Source: Gammaproteobacteria bacterium
Lineage (GTDB): Bacteria; Pseudomonadota; Gammaproteobacteria; Eutrophobiales; Eutrophobiaceae
DNA length: 64,000 bases
Assembly: GCA_965222155.1 (NCBI GenBank)
Contig: CBDCTH010000012.1
Location: 3,328,001-3,392,000 of the forward strand
Direction: 5' to 3'
Shown piece by piece: positions 38,882 through 48,600 of this stretch. Each line of letters opens with the position of its first letter. The first letter of the stretch is position 1. The translations under genes were made by a program, and so were the position numbers. Below the pieces are notes generated by a model that made no database searches, was not told where the DNA came from, and saw nothing but the letters and a program-made list of their open reading frames with translations.

Positions 38882-40433
38882 GAATAAAGATGGTTGATGC
38901 TGTACGGAAAGACTTGCCCCGGACCTATTTCCCATTATCGCTGGCCAGCGGCATTCGAACTGCGATGTACCGCAATCCGGACAAGATCGCAGTGCAGGAT
39001 TCGAACAGTTCTCGCAGTTACCACCAACTGGTTGAACGGATTGATTGCATCACTCAGGGTTTTATTAGCGATCTTGCCCTGACCATGCATGATCATGCAG
39101 CGATACTTGCGGGTAACTCGATTGAATATATCGAAATTGTTGCCGGGGACTCACAGGCAGGCGTCGCCCTCGCTACCATTAGTCCCCGACTCAGCAGCGA
39201 CGAAGTGATATCGATCTGTGATGATGCGCAGGTGCGTGTCCTGTTTGTCGATGCCGCTAACGCAGAGCGTGTCCACGATTGCGAGTTTGCCAGCGTGGAA
39301 CGCATTATCCGGTTCGGGCCTGAACTTGAAACCTGGATATCTGCGTCAAATCCCATCCAGTCACCACCCCGGGTCCCGGAGGAGAATGTATTCACCATTC
39401 CCTACACATCCGGGACGACGGGTTACCCGAAGGGAGTGATGGTCTCACACCGCTCAAGACTCCTGACACTTTACGCGATGGCAGTAGAGTATGGTTGCTA
39501 CTCTTCGGACGACCGCTTCCTGACCGTCGCGCCGTTGTGCCATGGTGGAGGTATGGTATTCGCCCTGGCTGCAATCTATTTCGGTGGTTACACACAGTTG
39601 ATGAATCAATTCGATCCAGAGGCTGTATTGCGGGCGTTTAAAAACGATCGTATCAGCGGTGTTTTCATGGTACCCACCCACTTTCACGACATTTTTAAAT
39701 TGGGGGAACCACTGCTGGCAAAACAGCGCAATAACACATTGCAGGCAATCATTTCGAACGCGGCGCCATTACCACAATCAATCAAGGAAAGAATTGTTGA
39801 GAATTTCGGTACCGGACTGCTCCATGAAACTTACGGTTCTACAGAGGCAGGGATAGTTACAAACCTTCGACCTGAGGATCAATTACGCAAACAGAATTGT
39901 GTGGGTTTACCTTTCCCGTCCACGTTGGTAAAGATCACCGACGAGCAGGGTGAGGAGTGTGCAGAAGGTGAGGCCGGAGAACTGTTTTCATGCAGCCCGT
40001 TTCTGTTTAACGGTTATTGGAATAAGCCGGAGGAGACAACCGTCGCCTATCGGGATGGCTGGGTGACGGCAGGCGATATCGCACGCCGGGACAGGGAAGG
40101 TTACATTTATATCACGGACCGTAAAAAAGACATGGTAATTTCCGGTGGCATCAATATATACCCGCGCGAGATCGAAAACGTACTCATAGAATATCCGTCC
40201 ATAATCGAAGCAGGAGTGATAGGGGTGTGCCCGACGCCAAGTGGGGAGAGCGTCTGAAAGCGTTTATTGTTGTTGAGTCAGACGAGCAGTTCGAGGATGA
40301 TCAAGTCATCAGTTATTGCCAGAGTAAGCTGGCGCGCTTCAAAGTGCCGCGCGAATTTGAAATCATCGATGAATTACCGCGTAATAACGGAGGGAAATTA
40401 TTGAAGAAGGAGCTCAGGGAAAAAGCTATCTAG
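38878..40433 (+). CDS. Acyl-CoA synthetase (AMP-binding), frameshifted near 40226
   Basis: YTSGTTGYPKG, YGSTE and DRKKD motifs; an extra TG breaks GVPDAKWGE; C-terminus lies in ORF 40227-40433. Confidence 0.85.
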
Positions 40434-42057
40434 TCGTTCCTGAAAAACCCTGTTTCAATCCGCCATTGAGGTCGCCGGCCACCATGATAAGCAATTTGAG
40501 TTGCCCCACAAACGTAGCCACGCCCACAGGCGTGTCCCTTTTTCGAGACAAAAAAGCCTGAGCCTGTTCAGGACCAGGCGCAGGGTGTGACCGGCACAAC
40601 TCAACAGGACATTCAATTGGTCGCCGTCTGTCCCTGTCAGGTGATTGCGCCCCAACAGCCCATCGGCTTTCAAATGACCGATGACCGGTTCAATCGCCTG
40701 GCGGCGTTTGAGTGACCGTTTTAACCGCTGTGTCTTAATACCGCGCTTCTGCCCGGAGATGTACACCGTGGACTCGGTTTCATCATGCCCCCGATAACCC
40801 CGGTCTACAAACGCCTCGTCACTACTCGTCCCGGTCAAGCGCCGTACCTGTGCCAGGGCTTTCTTCAAGGTGTGCCCGTCATACGGACTGCCCGGCACGG
40901 CCATACCCCCCACCACAAAGTTACTCTTGTTCGTGGTGGCAATACTCGCCTTCACCCCGAATTCATTGCGCCCCTCCTTGGGCGCAACCCTTCGGGCGGC
41001 TTGCGCCGTGCAAATCGTCTGTCCTGACGATTTGTCATACCGCTTGTGCGCCTTCCCTTTACTGATACATTCCACCGCCGGGGCGTGCAGGCTGTACAGC
41101 TTGTGTTTATCCTGTTTCTGCTGGGCCAACAGTCGCTTGGCTAAGGCCAACTCGTCCGCAAACAGCGCCTGTCGGGCCGGATTGCCCGCGGTGTTACGCT
41201 CACTGTCACGTACTACCCGCCCCAGAGCCTGCCCCTGTATGGAGTTGAGCAGGGGGAGGTGCGTAACCGCTTCACCTCGCGCCGCAGCCGCCGATACTGT
41301 TTGGCATGACCATAGCGGTTTGCCTGTTGTAACGCCCGCGGCCCCTTGCGGGCATAGCTCTGACGTAATAGCACGCCCTGTTTGCGGCATAACCGCACCC
41401 ACCGCTCCCGTGACCGATTTAACAACTTGCTGTCCGTCGGACAGCTCACCGCCTTCTCCTGTACCGTGGTGTCCACCGTCACCCGTTTGAAGTCCGTCGT
41501 CTTCACTGCCTTGCTCTGCACCCCCAGCGCCACCGTCACCTGTAACATCCGCTCACACCCCGCCGCCCCAATGCGTTGGCGAAAGCGCGTCAGACTGCTC
41601 GGGTCCACCGGCGCCTCATGCTGAAAGTACACCGCCCCACAGACATACTGCCAATACGGATTCTCCACCCAGCCCGACACCACCGCCTCATCGGATAACC
41701 CATAACAATGCTTCAGATAATGCAACCCCACCATCAACCGGGTCGGTTTCCCCGGACAGCCGTTATCCGGGCAGTACAGCGGCCCGAACGCGGTATCAAA
41801 CACCGACCCGTCCACCAGGTCGGCCAACCGATACAATTCATGGCGTTGGTTGAGCATCGTGTCCAGGCGTTCGCGGAACAGGTCGGTTGAGGTGCGGGTA
41901 GCGGCGTCAGGTTGTCTGGGCGTCATTTTTGCCTCCGACATTGCAAGAAAATGAAGGTCCATGATACCAAAACCGGCACTATCAGTCCGGAAAAAATACT
42001 ACTTACATCAATATGATCAATGAATTAGAATGATTTATCGGGTTTTTCAGGGGCGAC
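40433..42057 (-). mobile_element. IS5-family insertion sequence with transposase disrupted by REP-like inserts
   Basis: TIRs gtcgttcctgaaaaaccc / gggtttttcaggggcgac flanked by TA; VDTTVQEK, DRGYRG and IEPVIGHLK motifs. Confidence 0.9.
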
Positions 42058-42243
42058 TATTTAGGCGCTGGCTGAAGTTCGGGGGGACGACACAATCCCG
42101 GCAGTGTCCAGGGTACCCGCCACGGCGCACGCACATAACGATGCCCGTCAAGATTATGCACGAGGTCAATAGCGCGTACCTGAGGATGGTCCTTTAACGC
42201 GCCGAGTTCGGCAAACTCAACTGCCCAGACGTTATCGTAACTC

Positions 42244-42774
42244 TCAAGTATTTTCAGCACTTGCTGAGTCGTCAGCTTGCAAGTGTACTTTTCCCACTCG
42301 ACTTTGAATCCAGTTCCAACGATCCATCAAATGCGATCCGTCAGGCTTCAATGTCCCGTCCACATGCAAACGAGCCAGGCGCTCTTCCCTTTCTGCATCG
42401 GTGTACCATGGCACACCATGCAAAACGACGCGCCTGACCCGGTCGCGAAAAGCAGTGGCAAATTCGCAGGCCTGGGAGGCGCCCGTGTGGTGGCCGGCCA
42501 CGACAACTTTGTCGACACCCACATGGTCGAGCATGTAGGGCAGCACGCTTGCATATTGTTCTATAGATGGCGGTGAGTCGGGGGTATCAGACATGCCGTA
42601 ACCTGGTGTATCGGGTGCGATAACCTGAATCCCGGCGTCAGTCAACATAGGAAAAACATTCTGGAATTGCAGCGAAGATTGGGGTGTCTGGTGCAAGAGC
42701 AATAATGGCAACCCGTCGCCGCCGGTTCGATAGTGAACCTGCCCCATGGGTGTGTCGACGTAAGCTTTACGCAT
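42244..42774 (-). pseudogene. Alpha/beta hydrolase, C-terminally truncated
   Basis: LLLHQTP, PDTPGYG and GHHTG motifs; only about 175 aa. Confidence 0.7.
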
Positions 42775-42908
42775 TGATGCTCCCACTCCTCGTATGAAAA
42801 CAATTATACGGTTGTCTCTTATTTATCAAATGATAATTAAATTGTCAATTCTTTTTATTCTCCATAGTTACCGGCGCCAAGGTAAGTGACTGTATAATCG
42901 AAAACATC

Positions 42909-43655
42909 ATGCAACTCATAACGGACCCGTTTTTTTACCTTATTGCCATACCCGCCGTACTGCTTCTCGGCATAGCAAAAGGGGGGTTCGCCGGGACTTT
43001 AGGCGCAATAATCGTTCCTCTGATGTCATTTGCCACTGACCCGATTACGGCTGCCGCCATCCTGCTGCCCATCCTATGTGCCATGGATATCTTTGCTGCC
43101 TGGAATTTTCGCCACAGTTTTGATGTTTCCCACCTGAAAATATTGCTTCCGGGCAGCGTCGTCGGCATTGCCCTTGCATCGCTCCTGATGGGTAAATTAA
43201 CGGAAGACCATATACGCATCATGGTCGGTGTCATCTCGATCGGGTTCTGCCTCAACCACTGGTTCAGGTTATCTGTACGGAGTAGTAAACCGGGGAAAGC
43301 AAGCGGCTTTTTTTGGGGAGGTGTTGCTGGTTTTACCAGCACCCAGGTCCATGCCGGGGGTCCGCCGCTGAGTGTCTACATGTTCCGCCAGGGCCTGAAT
43401 AAAAAAACATTGATCGGCACCATGGTGATGTTTTTCTTTTTCATAAACTACGTAAAACTCATTCCATACAGTTACCTGAATCTTTTTACTCCTCCGAATT
43501 TGATGACCTCCTTGATACTGATGCCCATCGCGCCGCTGGGAGTCAGGCTTGGTTATTGGTTGTTGAATAGAATCTCTGAAGAAGTAGTGTACAGATTTTT
43601 ATACCTGCCCCTTTTCATTCTCGGCGTGAAAATGATTATTGAAGGAACCCTCTGA
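42909..43655 (+). CDS. TauE/SafE (TSUP) family permease
   Basis: Hydrophobic protein; KGGF and HAGGPP motifs. Confidence 0.9.
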   Translation: MQLITDPFFYLIAIPAVLLLGIAKGGFAGTLGAIIVPLMSFATDPITAAAILLPILCAMDIFAAWNFRHSFDVSHLKILLPGSVVGIALASLLMGKLTEDHIRIMVGVISIGFCLNHWFRLSVRSSKPGKASGFFWGGVAGFTSTQVHAGGPPLSVYMFRQGLNKKTLIGTMVMFFFFINYVKLIPYSYLNLFTPPNLMTSLILMPIAPLGVRLGYWLLNRISEEVVYRFLYLPLFILGVKMIIEGTL

Positions 43656-43688
43656 CCCCACTACTATAATGAATATATTGATCTCCTG

Positions 43689-43835
43689 GTGGCAGCGGAA
43701 AAATGCGGTCACAGATTACCCAGAGACCAGTGTATGGCGGCTATTCCCACCTACGTGGCGGAAACGGATAAACAGGCCCACCGGGAAGCCAAGGCGCACA
43801 TGCAATGGCTGTTCAATACCGGCCTCAAGATAAAA
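43689..43835 (+). pseudogene. Luciferase-like (LLM) monooxygenase internal fragment
   Basis: YVAETDKQAHREA motif; no N- or C-terminus. Confidence 0.5.
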
Positions 43836-43882
43836 TCCAGTCATTACTGCCCGGCAGATACTAACCGAGTGGAAGAAATCAA

Positions 43883-44173
43883 ATGGCTGAAACATTTACT
43901 GAGTTTGACCCGGCTGAGTACCTGACCAGTCCGGAAGCGATAGCGGAATTTGTTACTGACGCCCTTGAAACCGGGGACGCCGGCTACATAGCCAAAGCTA
44001 TGGGCGTGGCGGCTCGCGCCAAAGGGATGGCAGAACTCGCCAGAGAAACAGGACTGTCGAGGGAGCAGCTTTACCGCTCTTTCAGCGAGAAAGGAAACCC
44101 GAGACTGAAAACCATGCTTACCGTCATGAAAGCCCTGAGCGTTGATATGATCGTCAGGCCCCATCCTTTCTAA
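43883..44173 (+). CDS. Addiction-module antidote protein (HI1420-like HTH)
   Basis: FDPAEYL..ARAKGMAELARETGLSREQLYRS..GNP. Confidence 0.9.
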   Translation: MAETFTEFDPAEYLTSPEAIAEFVTDALETGDAGYIAKAMGVAARAKGMAELARETGLSREQLYRSFSEKGNPRLKTMLTVMKALSVDMIVRPHPF

Positions 44174-44204
44174 TACTGCTTAAACACCATAGACATGAAA
44201 AAGC

Positions 44205-44790
44205 GTGATGTCGGGGCTGAAATACTCGAAGGCCTTAGTGATCCGTTTAAATAATATATCATGCCCGTATTGCGGCGTGATGCTCACTTGTGAAACGACC
44301 GATAAGGAGCATGTGATTGGGCGGCGCTTTGTGCCCAAGGGCAAACTAAACGGCAACTGGAATCTAGTCGTCAACGCCTGCCGAACGTGCAGTGGGATCA
44401 AGGCTGATCTGTAGGATGATATCTCGGCGCTCACTATGCAGCCCGATACCCCCGGACGCTTTGGCCATGATGCTCCAGTAGGAATGTTAGAAGCAGCGCG
44501 CAAGGCCAATAACTCGTATAGCCGCCGTACTAAAAGGCTAGTCAAGAACAGTCACGAGCAGTTTAAGGTACGCATGCCGTTCGGGCATCATGTGGACATG
44601 ACGCTCCGCTTTAGCGGGCCGCCACAGGCTGACGAAGATAGAATTTTTCACCTCGCCCAATTACAACTTATGGGTTTCTTCTATTGGATTACATACCAAA
44701 AGGACGACAAGCGCGGCTAATTTTGGCCTGGCGGTTTTTTTCCAGTCATGGCATCGAGTCGTACTGACTGGGGGAATGCCATGCTCAGTT
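44205..44790 (+). pseudogene. HNH endonuclease-like pseudogene
   Basis: CPYC..EHVI..NL..ACRTC; three ORF pieces in one frame separated by stops at 44412 and 44718. Confidence 0.7.
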
Positions 44791-44948
44791 CCTTCTCTAA
44801 AACGATACCTGCACTGACTGACTCATTCACTCGCGTTAACCCCCTTCCAAGTTTTGCACTACCAACCGTTACTGATAGAGTATTGTATTGCTGTCATACC
44901 ACCTATACCAACCACTGTCGATGTTCATATAACAATATGATCTCCCAT

Positions 44949-45138
44949 CCCTAATCCCGCATTAGAAAGTACGGGAATCAAAAAAGCCTTGTCTGTATGA
45001 AGTTGTGTGATTAACGACTATCACCCAATGGATGCACAGACAAGGCTTATGCAAATCATACCGTACAGAATCGCAACTACCAATGATTTATTGACCGGGC
45101 GCGGTGGCTTGGTGCAAATCTCTAACGCGGGATTTGGG
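44949..45138 (+). mobile_element. IS1380-derived MITE (~190 bp) with a different internal deletion
   Basis: Near identity to the first ~165 bp and the last ~25 bp of 24761-25414. Confidence 0.85.
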
Positions 45139-45247
45139 GTATTGACCTCGATTTAGCGGGAGCACCTGTGCCAGAACAACCCTGATTGACACAACTCCCG
45201 AACAATCATACAGTTCTCCTGCAACCCAAAGCCAGATAACTAATCCC

Positions 45248-45400
45248 ATGTCCAAAGAACTCATTGTCAGCCCTGTTTCGATTGACCTCGGCGCCAAAAA
45301 CACCGGCGTTTATTTTGCCCATTATCAGGCGGGCAGCTCGATTGAAGAGATCGAAAGGGAAGGCAAGGTCTACCAGCTTGAGAAAGATAAATTCACGCTG
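45248..45400 (+). pseudogene. cas9: Type II-B Cas9 N-terminal remnant (RuvC-I)
   Basis: SPVSIDLGAKNTGVYFAHY...GKVYQLEKDKFTL resembles the Francisella-type Cas9 start (IAIDLGVKNTGVF...GKVYEL..DSYTL, recalled). Confidence 0.8.
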
Positions 45401-45404
45401 TTCC

Positions 45405-45572
45405 TGTACTGTTACCATTGCCAAACGCGGGGTCAGTGTTTCCAGTGATTTGATCGAGGCGTTCAGCAGTCGAGGCATCAAGTTGTTTTTCCTGGATTTT
45501 CGCGATATTGCACATTCGGCCATCCTGGACCAGTCACAGCATGGCGTGGTGGCAGTACGCATGGCGCAGATG
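45405..45572 (+). pseudogene. cas1: cas1 internal remnant
   Basis: TIAKRGVSVSSDLIEAFSSRGIKLFFLDFR...VR.AQ resembles the Cas1 N-terminal domain. Confidence 0.65.
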
Positions 45573-45699
45573 GCGTTAGCCTGGCCGGCGAGCTGGCCAA
45601 AGCGCGCTGTTGGGCGCCCCCCTTGCCGCACCCGCAACTCTTCACCCGTTCGGGGGTTATCAGCGAGTGCGCCTCCAACCCCCGTGCCCATCGCCAGTC

Positions 45700-48600
45700 T
45701 CAGAACCGCAACACCAGGTTAATCCCCATGCGCTTGTCCGCACGTTCAAACTCGTACGCCCGATGTTCCCCGTAGGCATCGACCTCGAAGAGATCCGTCA
45801 CCTGCACGCGTAACCCACTGCGCAGGCGCCGCACCTGACTGGCCCGCAACGCCGCCTCCGTATAGGGCGTCAACAGCCCGCGTCCCGATAATGCTTCCAT
45901 CCCATAGCCCAACTGCAGCTCCATCCGAGCCGCCGGCTGTCTGTCGGCTTGCAAGCCCGACTGACCGCGGGGGCGCCGCGCATCCGCCCATACTCCCTCG
46001 GCCCCGGCAGACGGCAGCCCCCAGGTCGGCGCCAGGCGCAACGAGAAGCCCTGCCCCCGTCTCCCCGGGTCCACCTGCAACTCCACACTCGCCCCCCATT
46101 CCTCAAAGCCCGACTTCTCATGGGTCACCAACCAGTGCCCGCGCCCGCTGAGCCGGACCCCACTCGCCGCATTGCGGTATTCCAGCCCGGCGCCGACCTC
46201 TAGCCCTACGCCGTCCTCCGCATCCCCGTTGTCCCACCGGGCGCCAATCTCAACACTCGGACGCAAGCTGGCCGCATCAGAGAGGAGATGGTCACTGCTG
46301 GCCTCCAACAGCAGCCGCAGCCGCTGACTGTCTGCATCCAGCCCGGCCAGCCCCGCTACGCTGTCCGTCTCCAGACCCAGCGCAAACACATCCGCTTTCA
46401 AGGCCAGCGCCAGGTGCTCACTCAGGGAAGGCAACCGCGCCTGTAAGCCGCCGGCCACCATGTGCATGTCCAGGTCCGGCTCTGGCGCAAGCGTGCCCGT
46501 GCCCTTCAGCTCCAGCTCCCCTCGACCCAGTCCGGCTAACGCCCACACGCTCAGCGCATCCTGCGGCAACCAGTGCAGCCAGGCATACCCACTGGTCAGG
46601 CTGGCATCAATGTCCCCGTCCTCACGCGCCACGCCGTAATCACCGTCACTGCCAGTGTGTGAGACGATTACCCCGCTCTTGAACCGGTCTCGATGCCAGT
46701 CCAACCCCAGGTAGCCCGAGACCACCTCACCGGCCACCGACACGTCATCGTCTCTACCCTCAAATTGACTCAGCGACGCCCGCCCCCAGAGACTCCAGGT
46801 GCTCGCACTGCCCGCGGGCGCTAACGCCAATGAAAATGCACTGTTGTACCAGAACTCACGGGCGCCCAGCGTGCGTAGCGTGCGGCCCTGACGGTAGCCA
46901 TCACCTGCCAGGGCAGAGACCCCGCGCCGGCCCTGCTGCGTTGAAGCCCTCGCCTGATGAGCAGACTGCCGGCTGAACGCGGGGGCAGTTGTATCGCCCG
47001 GCTCGCTGGCGCTCACCGCAGCGGCGTCATCAAGCGTGATGTCCTGCCCCCCCAGGGTAAGCCGACGGGTGGGCGCCGCCTGCACCCGAGAGTGCATCAC
47101 GTCCACCACCTGACCGGCCAGCGTGCGTCCGAACCGCGCCAGCCAGTGCGTGGCCACCCGCGCCAGCGCCACGGCACGTTGCGGCGTCGCCGTCACCTCA
47201 TCGGAGACCGCCCCGGCACCGGCCGCGTTCACCGCTCGCACCCTGAAACTGTACGGGGTCCCGTTGACCAGACCCCGCAGCGTGTGCGACGTGGTGTCCG
47301 CGGCACTGTTCGGGATTCTCTGCCACGCTCCATAACTGCCGCTTCCGGCCCGTTGCTGGTAGTGCCAGTGGGTCACCGAGCTATCCTCAAGAGCACTCCA
47401 GGCCAACGTCACCTGCGCATCGCCTGCCGTCGCCCGCAACCCTGCCGGCTTCGCCGGTGCAGCCACCGGTGTCGCCGTCACCTCATCGGAGACCGCCCCG
47501 GCACCGGCCGCGTTCACCGCTCGCACCCTGAAACTGTACGGGGTCCCGTTGACCAGACCCCGCAGCGTGTGCGACGTGGTGTCCGCGGCACTGTTCGGGA
47601 TTCTCTGCCACGCTCCATAACTGCCGCTTCCGGCCCGTTGCTGGTAGTGCCAGTGGGTCACCGAGCTATCCTCAAGAGCACTCCAGGCCAACGTCACCTG
47701 CGCATCGCCTGCCGTCGCCCGCAACCCTGCCGGCTTCGCCGGGGGCGGGGCGCTGACCGTGACACTCACCGTGCCCGTCGCCCGCCCGCCGCGACTGTCT
47801 TCGATACTATAGGTAAAGGAGGCTGCACCGGCGGCGCCATCGTGGGTGAACACCAATTCCTCAATCGGGGCCTCCCCGGGCTCATCCAACACCCCGCCAA
47901 CCACATCCTGTACCGCGCTAATCACCAGGGGGTCGCCGTCCGCATCGGTGTCATTACTGAGTAAGGTCGCCGCCGCCAGGGTGACACTGCCACCCCAGAG
48001 GACAGCCGCCGTGTCTGCCCCTGCCACCGGCGCCCGGTTGCGACTCACCGTGACGGTCCGGGTGGCCACACCACCGGGGCCGGTGACCGTCAGCGTGAAC
48101 ACGGTCTCAGCTTCAGTGGGCGTCACCGTGGTAGTCCAGACGGTCTCGTCCTCGCCGAGCGTCCCCGAGCCCTGCGCGTCCCCCGCGGCGCTGTAGGTCA
48201 CCTCGATACCCGTCACCGGGCCGCCGGACAAGGCCCAACGCAAGGTGACCTGCTCACCCGCCATGACCGTCTCCGGTGCGCTGAAACTGTCTATCACCGG
48301 TGCCACACTATCCAAGACTGTGACCGTGGCGGTATCGGTGGCTGTGCCGGCGGCATTGGTGGCGGTCAGCATGAAGGTCTTCTCGCCGGTGTCCACCAGC
48401 GTCAGCGTGTGCGAGGTAGCGTCCGTTTCGAGCGTCACCTCTTGGTCGTCACCGTCATCGAAATACGACAGCGTCAGCGTCTCCGCCGCGCCGCCGCCCA
48501 GCGCCCAGTTCAGGGTCACGGTCTTGCCCACCGCGCTGGCACTGAAGCTGTCTATCACCGGCGCCGCTACGGTCAGCGCAATCGTCAGCGTCACGGTCGC

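Noticed and set aside
40220-40235. Programmed frameshift in the acyl-CoA ligase
   Set aside because: A simple TG dinucleotide duplication; error or recent mutation is more likely
45139-45247. tracrRNA or type II array near the Cas9 relic
   Set aside because: No repeat or anti-repeat could be recognised by eye
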